Part shown: positions 1 to 6,954 of the stretch, in pieces | How positions within the stretch are numbered: position 1 is the stretch's first letter | Layout: each line of letters begins with the position of its first letter | The notes under the pieces: model-generated | What the model was told of the DNA's origin: nothing | What the model saw: the letters and a program-made list of their open reading frames with translations, nothing else | Database searches by the model: none | Virus record (IMG/VR): IMGVR_UViG_3300020045_005193 | Location: 1 to 24,034 of that record | Length of the DNA stretch: 24,034 bases | Source: a virus | Taxonomy: Duplodnaviria > Caudoviricetes | Direction: 5' to 3' (one strand) | Program-made: the position numbers and the translations under genes

Positions 1-77
1 AGGAGCAAATATTCCTAATGGTATTTTTGTTTTTTCGCTTAAATTCCATATTTTACAAGCTAAATATTGAATTACTT

Positions 78-263
78 TCATGATTTTTTATTTTTAATTT
101 TCCAAACTCCAATACAATTTTTTGATTTTAAAGTGTTTAAATATTTTAAATCACTTATCGATATATGCGAAACTTCATTTAATAAATGATAATTGTAAGA
201 AATTAAGTAATTATTTCTTATACTTAAATCCATTGCTCTTAACACTCTGTAATTTGCTTTCAT
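78..263 (-). CDS. hypothetical protein (61 aa)
   Basis: ORF track; its start overlaps the stop of the upstream small ORF (ATGA coupling). Confidence 0.55.
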   Translation of the reverse strand: MKANYRVLRAMDLSIRNNYLISYNYHLLNEVSHISISDLKYLNTLKSKNCIGVWKIKNKKS

Positions 264-373
264 TTCAATAAATATTTAATTGGTTTAACATCTACGTGAT
301 TTTTTTCAATTTCCTTAGCTTCTTTCTTAAGCCTATATTCCATTTCAAAAATGGTTTCGTGTTTCTTTTCCAT
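260..373 (-). CDS. small hypothetical protein (37 aa, MEKKHETIFEMEY...)
   Basis: Manual translation; fills the gap between two co-oriented ORFs, A-rich initiation region. Confidence 0.5.
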   Translation of the reverse strand: MEKKHETIFEMEYRLKKEAKEIEKNHVDVKPIKYLLK

Positions 374-392
374 AATTTTATTTTTTAAATTT

Positions 393-677
393 TTAATTAA
401 TTCTTTCAAATATGTGTCCTATAAATTCTCCTTTTTGATATTGGTAAGTTCCTAAGTATTTTCTACTAATCCCCATATCGTTATGAATAGTGTTTCCAGT
501 ACCGAACAATTCAAAATAACGTGTTTCTTTTTCATTGTCAGGATAGACTAATGCAAAAATACAAGGTCGGTTTGTTTTTTCGTCGCTTTGAACTGCTAAT
601 ATTTCAGCTCCTTTTGGCATTTTAATTTCAAAATTTTCATCGAAAGGCGTTTCGTATTTCCAGATAGTTTGATTCAT
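393..677 (-). CDS. conserved phage protein (IWKY...MPKGAEILAVQ...FGTG...YLGT family, DUF7352-like)
   Basis: ORF track; motif pattern recognised from many phage genomes. Confidence 0.7.
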   Translation of the reverse strand: MNQTIWKYETPFDENFEIKMPKGAEILAVQSDEKTNRPCIFALVYPDNEKETRYFELFGTGNTIHNDMGISRKYLGTYQYQKGEFIGHIFERIN

Positions 678-681
678 AACT

Positions 682-822
682 TTATTTTTTAAATTGTTCT
701 AAATAATTATACACTAATTGTCTAATCTCGATTCTTTTACTTGCAGGAACTCTAATACTCCCTAATTGCACCGTTGGCTCTGTGTATTTAAACGGTGCGC
801 CTTTTTTTTGTGTTTGTTTCAT
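682..822 (-). CDS. small basic putative DNA-binding protein (46 aa, MKQTQKKGAPFKYTEPTVQLGSIRVP...)
   Basis: Manual translation; GAP-K motif, then a beta-strand IRVP and a helix, resembling ribbon-helix-helix proteins. Confidence 0.55.
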   Translation of the reverse strand: MKQTQKKGAPFKYTEPTVQLGSIRVPASKRIEIRQLVYNYLEQFKK

Positions 823-943
823 TGTTTTTTTAAAATTTAATTGAGCTTATTTTTATTAAGTTTAAATAAAGTAAAAATAGCCGTCTTTCCAGCTTGTCAA
901 CCCTGTACAAATACTGTGGGATTTTTATTTTAAACAAGGTAGT

Positions 944-1156
944 TTATATTCTACCTTGTTCTTTTGCTTTTGCTAAACACTTTAAACAAACTAATTCTTC
1001 TCCTCTTTCTGTATGTAACATTTTAAACTCGCTTGTTTTTACGATATAGTTCCATCTTCCTTGATGATTGAAAACTCCTAATCCACAAGATGATTTTTGA
1101 GTTGTTATTTTTCCTTGTCCCATTGCCATTCCTAAGTGTGTTTTTGTAGTTGCCAT
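944..1156 (-). CDS. hypothetical protein with His/Cys and CxxC motifs (possible Zn binding); likely start MATTKTH
   Basis: ORF track 944..1186, but a promoter element at 1184-1191 favours the ATG at 1156; H...SCG...CLKC. Confidence 0.65.
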   Translation of the reverse strand: MATTKTHLGMAMGQGKITTQKSSCGLGVFNHQGRWNYIVKTSEFKMLHTERGEELVCLKCLAKAKEQGRI

Positions 1157-1183
1157 AATTTCTATTTGTTTTATTTTGTTATA

Positions 1184-1191
1184 CAAATATA
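1184..1191 (-). promoter_or_regulatory. Bacteroidota sigma70 -7 element TATATTTG
   Basis: CAAATATA on + strand in an intergenic gap, downstream of a terminator. Confidence 0.65.
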
Positions 1192-1242
1192 CATCATTTA
1201 TACATTACGTAACACATTATAAATGTTAAAGTTTTGTTAAAT

Positions 1243-1268
1243 AAAAAACCCACTGTTTAGAGTGGGTT
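1243..1268 (-). terminator. intrinsic terminator after the DUF3127 gene
   Basis: Minus strand AACCCACT-ctaaac-AGTGGGTT followed by a T-run. Confidence 0.8.
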
Positions 1269-1286
1269 AATAAGTGGGTGAATTAA

Positions 1287-1628
1287 TTAGAAAGGTAATC
1301 CAGAATCTTCTTCTTGTGGTTCTGGTTCATTTACTTTTTCTGGTATTGCAGGAGTTTGTTCTGATTTATTAATCCTCCATCCTTGAATAGTATTGAAATA
1401 AACAGTTTCTCCCTGTGGATTTGTCCATTCTCTACCTCTTAAATTGATGTCGACTTTTACATTTTCTCCAACATTAAAGCTGTTTAATAAATCACATTTA
1501 TCCTGCACGAATTGAATTGAAATATGTTGTGGATATTGTTCGTCTGTTGTGACAATAATGTTTTTACTTTTAAAAGTTCCTTTAACTACTTCGCTTTTAA
1601 TTTCTTTAATTTTTCCTGATACGTCCAT
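1287..1628 (-). CDS. DUF3127 family OB-fold, single-stranded DNA-binding-like protein
   Basis: EQYPQHISIQFVQDKCDLL...INLRGREW...YFNTIQGWRI and an acidic tail ending LPF. Confidence 0.9.
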   Translation of the reverse strand: MDVSGKIKEIKSEVVKGTFKSKNIIVTTDEQYPQHISIQFVQDKCDLLNSFNVGENVKVDINLRGREWTNPQGETVYFNTIQGWRINKSEQTPAIPEKVNEPEPQEEDSGLPF

Positions 1629-1630
1629 TT

Positions 1631-1798
1631 TTAATTATTGTTTTTGTGATTTAATTTAGCTTGTTTTTTCTCGTCTTTAGTAAAATAACTTTGCGCCTTT
1701 ACTAAGTAATTCGTTTTGTCGTTATTAAAAAAGAAATTACGAACTATTTTTGTTCCGTCTGGTTTTCTTCCGATTTCGTGTGACACTAATGTTTCCAT
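1631..1798 (-). CDS. small hypothetical protein (55 aa, METLVSHEIGRKPDG...)
   Basis: Manual translation; tightly packed between neighbours. Confidence 0.55.
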   Translation of the reverse strand: METLVSHEIGRKPDGTKIVRNFFFNNDKTNYLVKAQSYFTKDEKKQAKLNHKNNN

Positions 1799-1809
1799 GT
1801 TTTAAATAT

Positions 1810-2049
1810 TTATTTGTTAATTTTTCGTCTTTCTTCTCTTAATTGATATTCTCTTTCCGCTAATTGCTTTTTACCAATTTTAACAGCTCCGTAAAATATA
1901 GAGTATTGTTCGTCTTTCATATTTTCTGACCAATCACTTTTTTCTTCATCAACTCTCTTTGATGATAAATAAGAACTCCTTACATCTTCAGGAATTGACA
2001 TATAATGTTCTTCTGACATTCTTAAGAACACTTCTCTATTGCTTTGCAT
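1810..2049 (-). CDS. hypothetical protein
   Basis: ORF track; overlaps the end of the upstream gene. Confidence 0.7.
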   Translation of the reverse strand: MQSNREVFLRMSEEHYMSIPEDVRSSYLSSKRVDEEKSDWSENMKDEQYSIFYGAVKIGKKQLAEREYQLREERRKINK

Positions 2050-2641
2050 AATCTTTGATTTTAGTTTCTATTTCTAATATTTGAACTTGTGTAGCTAATA
2101 TTTTGCCATCTGTAATAGCTTTTAAAGTAGCATTTAATCCTTTTAAATCCGATTGTAAGGCTTTATTAAACTGCTCTGTTGTTAGTGTCGGAATTTCTTT
2201 CTTAGGTTCAAACTCTTTTTTCATTTCTTCTACATAACGCACGTCATCAAATTTACCCATAAAGATATCGGCATTGAAACCAAGTTTAGATATTGCTTTT
2301 GTTAAAGCATCGGTTTCTATTTTCTTTGCAAAGTTATCGTCTATCATTGTTAAATTTCTATCCATATATAATTTGCACGAATTTATAATTTCAAACTCGC
2401 CATTAGGAAAAAAGAAAGTTCCTTTAAATACGACTAAATTACATTTTTCTACTAAGTCGTAACTTAATACTATATTTTTAAAACCCCATTTCTCACCATA
2501 TACGCCAAATTGCTCAGTAACTTGCATTATTTGGTATTGTGGCGATATAGCGGTAATCTCCCTGCCGCTTAATTTTGCATTCTTTGTGTATTTTGGATTT
2601 GTCCTTTCTACCCTATTCCATAATTCTAAATTTTCTTTCAT
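2036..2641 (-). CDS. Rad52/Sak-like single-strand annealing recombinase
   Basis: TAISPQYQIMQVTEQFGVYGEKWG and KKIETDALTKAISKLGFNADIFMG motifs; lies near the SSB-like gene. Confidence 0.75.
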   Translation of the reverse strand: MKENLELWNRVERTNPKYTKNAKLSGREITAISPQYQIMQVTEQFGVYGEKWGFKNIVLSYDLVEKCNLVVFKGTFFFPNGEFEIINSCKLYMDRNLTMIDDNFAKKIETDALTKAISKLGFNADIFMGKFDDVRYVEEMKKEFEPKKEIPTLTTEQFNKALQSDLKGLNATLKAITDGKILATQVQILEIETKIKDYAKQ

Positions 2642-2841
2642 AATTTAATTTTTTTAAGGTTAATTTTTAATAATTCATTTGTTCCATTTTCAGCTAAATC
2701 AATACAATAGGCTAATTGTTTCTTTGCTCTTTTAATCTTAACTAAAAGTTCTTGATTCCATTCTTGCTGTTCTTCTAATTCTGTTAATGGTGGCAAATCT
2801 TCCATTTCGTCTAACGGGTTGTATTCTGGATATTCTGTCAT
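2638..2841 (-). CDS. hypothetical protein
   Basis: ORF track; ATGA overlap with the next gene. Confidence 0.7.
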   Translation of the reverse strand: MTEYPEYNPLDEMEDLPPLTELEEQQEWNQELLVKIKRAKKQLAYCIDLAENGTNELLKINLKKIKL

Positions 2842-2848
2842 AATTAAT

Positions 2849-3073
2849 TTATCTTAAATTTTTACACGATTCATCACAATACATTTTTACTTTTTTCTCT
2901 TTATATTCTTTAAGAGAAATAGTAATTATATCATAACCTTCTTTTGAGTGTTTTGCAAACTTTCTATGACTTTCATTATCCATTGTATGAACTACTGAAA
3001 CCATAATTGCATTTTTACATTCAGGGCAAACCGCCATTTTAATTTTTACTTCTTCGTCTGGTATTGTTTTCAT
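2849..3073 (-). CDS. hypothetical protein with CxxC and CxxxC motifs
   Basis: ORF track; promoter element CAAATATA at 3096-3103. Confidence 0.7.
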   Translation of the reverse strand: MKTIPDEEVKIKMAVCPECKNAIMVSVVHTMDNESHRKFAKHSKEGYDIITISLKEYKEKKVKMYCDESCKNLR

Positions 3074-3095
3074 AATTTCTATTTTTAAATTTAAA

Positions 3096-3103
3096 CAAAT
3101 ATA
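3096..3103 (-). promoter_or_regulatory. Bacteroidota -7 element TATATTTG
   Basis: CAAATATA in an intergenic gap, 23 nt upstream of ATG 3073. Confidence 0.6.
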
Positions 3104-3138
3104 ATACTTTTTTTTAAATAAAATGTAGTTTAGTGATT

Positions 3139-3360
3139 TTATTTTATGATATTCTTTACAAATTTAATTGTTGCTTTTATCGGCTGTACAATCCAAAATA
3201 AACTGTAAATTATCCAATCCCAATAATTATCTATTCCTTTAACGCTATAATCTTCCGGCCATAAAGCAGATGCAAAAAAACTTATTCCTGCTATTGAGAA
3301 ATAAATTATTAAATATGTTTCCATCATAATCTTAACTATTTTTTCTATAAATTTCCTCAA
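3139..3360 (-). CDS. small membrane protein (two hydrophobic segments)
   Basis: ORF track; YLIIYFSIAGISFFASALW and WIIYSLFWIV; the true start may be the internal MMET. Confidence 0.65.
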   Translation of the reverse strand: MRKFIEKIVKIMMETYLIIYFSIAGISFFASALWPEDYSVKGIDNYWDWIIYSLFWIVQPIKATIKFVKNIIK

Positions 3361-3694
3361 AAGTCAATCCTGTTTCTTCAAAAAATCGTGTTAATTCTAC
3401 TAACACTTTAGGTCTTTTTTTATCCCAAAACGAAGCGTTAATAGAGTGCATATTAAGCTCGTAAACTAATTGCCTATTTGGCATTTGCATTAGTTGATTA
3501 AACGTACATTCTAATCGATTGCATACTTCATTAACCCTATCTAATAACTCAGGGCTTTTATTTTTCCAAACTGATATATTAGCTATCTCGTAACCTAACA
3601 TAATTGATAATTGAGTGTCTGTTACACGTGGATAGCCTTTGTATTCGAGCATTAGTTTTATCCTATTAGGGCAAAAATTTGATTTGTTTTTCAT
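3332..3694 (-). CDS. putative HTH transcriptional regulator
   Basis: TDTQLSIMLGYEIANISVWKN resembles an XRE/Cro helix-turn-helix; near the divergent promoter region. Confidence 0.55.
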   Translation of the reverse strand: MKNKSNFCPNRIKLMLEYKGYPRVTDTQLSIMLGYEIANISVWKNKSPELLDRVNEVCNRLECTFNQLMQMPNRQLVYELNMHSINASFWDKKRPKVLVELTRFFEETGLTFEEIYRKNS

Positions 3695-3696
3695 GT

Positions 3697-3786
3697 TTAT
3701 TTTGTTAAATTTAATATTAATACTGTAATTGTTAGAATCACACCCATATATAATAATGATGTGAAAATGTTTTTAAGGTTATTCAT
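3697..3786 (-). CDS. small hydrophobic peptide (29 aa)
   Basis: Manual translation MNNLKNIFTSLLYMGVILTITVLILNLTK. Confidence 0.4.
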   Translation of the reverse strand: MNNLKNIFTSLLYMGVILTITVLILNLTK

Positions 3787-3788
3787 AA

Positions 3789-3944
3789 TTAATTACTATT
3801 TTGATTTTCCTTAGCCCCTAAATCATATCCACATTCCCTCGCATCGTCCATCATTAGCATAATTAAATTAGTCTCGATTTCAGTCAACGATGATAACCAT
3901 TGGTTATGCTCTCTTTGAGCAGTAAAAATTTCGTAATTTGTCAT
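3789..3944 (-). CDS. small hypothetical protein (51 aa, MTNYEIFTAQREH...)
   Basis: Manual translation; first ORF after the leftward promoter. Confidence 0.55.
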   Translation of the reverse strand: MTNYEIFTAQREHNQWLSSLTEIETNLIMLMMDDARECGYDLGAKENQNSN

Positions 3945-3967
3945 AATTTATCTTTTTTAAGTTTCAA

Positions 3968-4030
3968 CAAATATATAAAGAAAATAATATAAAATATATT
4001 TTTTTATTAAAAAAGTTTGTTGTAGGTTTG
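3968..4030. promoter_or_regulatory. divergent promoter pair: leftward TATATTTG (3968-3975) and rightward TAGGTTTG (4023-4030)
   Basis: Two TAnnTTTG elements back to back where gene orientation switches. Confidence 0.7.
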
Positions 4031-4055
4031 TAAGGAATTTAAAAACAAAAATATT

Positions 4056-4310
4056 ATGAAAGAATTTAAAGGAACAAAAGGGAAGTGGGGATTTTTAGAC
4101 GATGGAACTTATTGCGAAATTCAAAGAAAAGAGCCATTGTTAAGCATTTGTGCTATAAACACAAATGTTGTTGAATATGAAGCCAACGCAAAACTAATCG
4201 CATCAGCTCCAGAAATGTTTAAAATGTTAGAAATAGCAAAATCAGAATTTGGAGAACATCATTTTCTTTATAATGCTATTGATGTATTAATAAAAAAAAT
4301 AACAGAATAA
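4056..4310 (+). CDS. conserved phage protein (FKGTKGKW...EANAKLIASAPEM family)
   Basis: ORF track; widely seen phage motif. Confidence 0.8.
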   Translation: MKEFKGTKGKWGFLDDGTYCEIQRKEPLLSICAINTNVVEYEANAKLIASAPEMFKMLEIAKSEFGEHHFLYNAIDVLIKKITE

Positions 4311-4312
4311 CC

Positions 4313-4594
4313 ATGAAAATAATTAAAACACTACTTAAAACAATCGAACAAAAAAGTAAGTTAGATTTAATAACCGAACTCTTGATAGTTGGCAATTCTA
4401 CGGAAGAAGCTTTAGTATTGTTTAATAAAGTAAAAGCTAATCTGTTATATGAAATGAAGCAAAGAGAGAGGCAAAACGCTTTAGAGTGTCGTTTAATCAA
4501 TGAATTTGACAGAAAGGAATCTAAACCTTATAATTCCGATTTCGACAAACCCTTGAAAGATATTGAAGTTAATTATGAAATTTTAAAAAAGTAA
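4313..4594 (+). CDS. hypothetical protein
   Basis: ORF track; operon packing. Confidence 0.7.
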   Translation: MKIIKTLLKTIEQKSKLDLITELLIVGNSTEEALVLFNKVKANLLYEMKQRERQNALECRLINEFDRKESKPYNSDFDKPLKDIEVNYEILKK

Positions 4595-4598
4595 AATT

Positions 4599-4964
4599 AT
4601 GAAAAGAGAAATTAAGTTTAGAAGTTTTTACAACGACAAGTCGATGTTGTTTTCCGATTCTTATGTTAATTTATATTATTTTTTTAAGTTAAAACCAGAG
4701 GACTATCCATTAATGCAATTCACAGGATTAAAAGACAAAAACGGAGTTGATATTTATGAAGGTGATATTGTTATTTACGATAGAGGTGTTGGTAATTGGA
4801 CAGATGAAAGAATGTCAACCACTCACGAAATAGTTTTTAATGATGAAGTATTTGCCTTTGTCATGAAATGCAATAGTAGTTACATTAAGTTAAGAAAACA
4901 TTGGAATTATACGTATGAAGTTATAGGCAACATTCACGAAAATCCAGAACTATTAAAACCATGA
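4599..4964 (+). CDS. YopX family phage protein
   Basis: MKREIKFR...MQFTGLKDKNGVDIYEGDIV...EVIGNIHENPELL. Confidence 0.92.
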   Translation: MKREIKFRSFYNDKSMLFSDSYVNLYYFFKLKPEDYPLMQFTGLKDKNGVDIYEGDIVIYDRGVGNWTDERMSTTHEIVFNDEVFAFVMKCNSSYIKLRKHWNYTYEVIGNIHENPELLKP

Positions 4965-5086
4965 AAAAAGAAAAAACAATCTTCTTAATATTAGGCATTT
5001 TATCAATATCCTGCTTAATTTTAAGTATAATTTCGTTGATGATTTTAGAAATAAATCCTAACTATTTGAAAATTATATTAGAATGA
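4961..5086 (+). CDS. small membrane peptide (41 aa)
   Basis: Manual translation MKKEKTIFLILGILSISCLILSIISLMILE...; ATGA overlaps at both ends. Confidence 0.6.
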   Translation: MKKEKTIFLILGILSISCLILSIISLMILEINPNYLKIILE

Positions 5087-5217
5087 AAACAAGAATATTT
5101 ACACCAGACAAAGGATGGCATGATTTAAAAGTATATAGCTCGGAGGATGTTATAGAACTTTTAGAGAAAGCAAAAGAAATAGGAATTGATGAGATAATAA
5201 AAATGGTTAAGATATAA
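5083..5217 (+). CDS. small hypothetical protein (44 aa, MKTRIFTPDKGWHDLK...)
   Basis: Manual translation; its TAA stop is part of the first TAAC core. Confidence 0.6.
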   Translation: MKTRIFTPDKGWHDLKVYSSEDVIELLEKAKEIGIDEIIKMVKI

Positions 5218-5340
5218 CGGTGGATTCTACACGATGGATGAGGCAAGCACACGCCCATACTTCGGATAATGACAGATTAAAAAGGTGCAAAACAGACTTT
5301 AAATTTAACCCGAAACCCAGCTATTGTGTAGCATATGTTA
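5215..5340. repeat. attC-like hairpin element 1 (126 nt)
   Basis: TAAC-ggtggatt-CTACACGATGG ... CTATTGTGTAG-catat-GTTA. Confidence 0.75.
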
Positions 5341-5370
5341 CCAGTAGTGCGGTTCTTAAAAACAAATTTT

Positions 5371-5718
5371 ATGTACGCAATTGACGACAGATTTTTTAGT
5401 GAAGTTCAAGATATAGCAGAACATCTTGAATATGAATTTTTAGTAGAGCAAACTGATGATTTCACAGTTGAAGCCTACGAATGTGATTTAGAAACTATAG
5501 GTTTTTTAAGTGGCGAAATAATTGCAGAAAGAGCATTTGATGAAGATAGATTTTCTGAAGAAATGGATGAAGACCAAGAAAAAATATCTAAAATTCTTGA
5601 TGCAAATATTGACTTCGAAAAAATTAATTCTTTGCTTCCAAAATTATGGTATCCAAGTGACAGAAAAGTAATTTTAACAAAAGCCGAATTAATAGCAGAA
5701 ATCATCGATTACCAATAA
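5371..5718 (+). CDS. acidic hypothetical protein, cassette 1 cargo (start MYAIDDRF)
   Basis: The ORF-track start 5335 lies inside the hairpin; ATG 5371 has an A-rich leader. Confidence 0.8.
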   Translation: MYAIDDRFFSEVQDIAEHLEYEFLVEQTDDFTVEAYECDLETIGFLSGEIIAERAFDEDRFSEEMDEDQEKISKILDANIDFEKINSLLPKLWYPSDRKVILTKAELIAEIIDYQ

Positions 5719-5733
5719 ACGTAGCATTACTGG

Positions 5734-5817
5734 TAACGGTGTAGCTTGTAGCTGTATGCCAAGATAAAACGTGAACAGAAAGAAAAAGCCGTAGCATATA
5801 GCTACAAGCGTGTGTTA
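5734..5817. repeat. attC-like hairpin element 2 (84 nt)
   Basis: TAAC-ggtgta-GCTTGTAGCTGTATGC ... GCATATAGCTACAAGC-gtgt-GTTA. Confidence 0.82.
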
Positions 5818-5856
5818 CAGGACGGCACTAATTTTTAATAATTAATAAACTAAAAA

Positions 5857-6255
5857 ATGGAAAAGAAATTTATATGGTACGGATTAAATAAACAATTTAA
5901 TGATATAGTTCATTCTCACGCAATGACAACTACTGATTTATTAAATGGAAACTATCCGAGTTGGATGGCTTTACAAAATAGAGGTGAAAATGGTAATTGT
6001 GATTTTCTTGCTGAATGTTTTTTTACAGGACTAAAAGACAAAAAGGGAAAAGAAATTTACGAGGGTGATATTGTTATGCACGGAATTTCAAAAACAAAAT
6101 CAAAAGTTGAATTTATCGGAGGTTCTTTTGCTTTAAACAATGAAAAAACAATGCACAATACTTGTATTCGTCATTATGGATTAGATGAGTGTGAAGTAAT
6201 CGGAAGCATTTACAAAAATCCAGAACTATTATCTACTCCAACCGCTGTCCTGTAA
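5857..6255 (+). CDS. second YopX family protein, cassette 2 cargo
   Basis: FTGLKDKKGKEIYEGDIV...EVIGSIYKNPELL; its TAA stop is within the TAAC core. Confidence 0.9.
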   Translation: MEKKFIWYGLNKQFNDIVHSHAMTTTDLLNGNYPSWMALQNRGENGNCDFLAECFFTGLKDKKGKEIYEGDIVMHGISKTKSKVEFIGGSFALNNEKTMHNTCIRHYGLDECEVIGSIYKNPELLSTPTAVL

Positions 6256-6324
6256 CGTTCGATGATACAAGCTGGTAGCCTATGCGGTTGCGTAAATTCG
6301 GCTACTAGATTGTATTATTTGTTA
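6253..6324. repeat. attC-like hairpin element 3 (72 nt)
   Basis: TAAC-gttcg-ATGATACAAGCTGGTAGCC ... GGCTACTAGATTGTATTAT-tt-GTTA. Confidence 0.82.
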
Positions 6325-6355
6325 TTAGCTGGACGGATAATTTAAACTAAATATT

Positions 6356-6547
6356 ATGAAAAAGAAATTAACTATTACAGGCATTTTTAACGATGTATTT
6401 ACGAATTATGAAGACAAAGAAAGTAGTGTGTCAATGATTGTCGATGATGAATTAGACTGCAAATACACTCCGTTTAGAGAATGTTTTATACACCGAAAAA
6501 TTAAAGGCTACGTTTTGACAGATGTTGACGAAGAAACGAAAACGTAG
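6356..6547 (+). CDS. hypothetical protein, cassette 3 cargo
   Basis: ORF track; followed directly by GTCTTGCTACTAAC. Confidence 0.75.
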   Translation: MKKKLTITGIFNDVFTNYEDKESSVSMIVDDELDCKYTPFRECFIHRKIKGYVLTDVDEETKT

Positions 6548-6592
6548 TCTTGCTACTAACTATATACTAACACCCATAAATGTATTACAATT

Positions 6593-6772
6593 ATGAAACT
6601 ACTCATTAAAACAAGTGTTATAAGAATTTCCGATTCACAACACAAAACACTTCAAAAAATGAAGTCTTATAATATTGATGTTGGCAAGTTCGTACGTGAT
6701 GCAATAAGTGAGAAGATAAAACGAGAGTATAAAGATTTAATTCCTAAAGTTAAAAATACTTGTCCTTTTTAA
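6593..6772 (+). CDS. putative ribbon-helix-helix DNA-binding protein (59 aa)
   Basis: Manual translation MKLLIKTSVIRISDSQHKTLQKMKSYNIDVGKFVRDAISEKIKRE...CPF; strand-helix-helix pattern. Confidence 0.7.
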   Translation: MKLLIKTSVIRISDSQHKTLQKMKSYNIDVGKFVRDAISEKIKREYKDLIPKVKNTCPF

Positions 6773-6848
6773 TTTTTGGTAAATAAAAGTAAAGGAATAC
6801 AAAACCGCAAACGATTAAAGAGATGAATATCCAAAGTATAGTGTTATT
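6750..6848 (-). pseudogene. orphaned 3' end (TM helix) of the spanin-like lipoprotein gene
   Basis: Translates NNTILWIFISLIVCGFVFLYFYLPKIKKDKYF*; ungapped match to the C-terminus of 7450..7890; no start codon in the matching segment. Confidence 0.8.
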
Positions 6849-6861
6849 AATATTTTTTTTG

Positions 6862-6869
6862 TATATTTG
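6862..6869 (+). promoter_or_regulatory. -7 element TATATTTG for the HNH gene
   Basis: TAnnTTTG consensus about 85 nt upstream of the ATG. Confidence 0.65.
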
Positions 6870-6954
6870 TAATTCTAATTGCAGTTAGAAATCACGAAAA
6901 TATTAATTTAAAGAATCCTGATATGCTGCAACATTGATGGATTCTTTTTTTGTT

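Noticed and set aside
2274-2462. Opposite-strand ORFs from the track (also 4276..4500, 5073..5258, 5475..5705, 8170..8559, 9105..9365, 10809..11135, 14918..15100, 17966..18184, 18448..18636, 19741..19935, 20602..20790, 21187..21393)
   Set aside because: Shadow ORFs antisense to better-supported genes, with no recognisable motifs
5335-5370. N-terminal extension MLPVVRFLKTNF of the cassette 1 gene
   Set aside because: It starts inside the hairpin/GTTA core; ATG 5371 has a typical A-rich leader
5215-6560. CRISPR array or simple terminators as the explanation of the hairpins
   Set aside because: The elements are not identical direct repeats, the intervals are whole genes, and the stems lack U-tails and carry unit-specific outer inverted repeats
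6934-6954. N-terminal extension of the HNH ORF
   Set aside because: It lies within the leader hairpin; NUMOD4 proteins typically start at MEIWK (6955)
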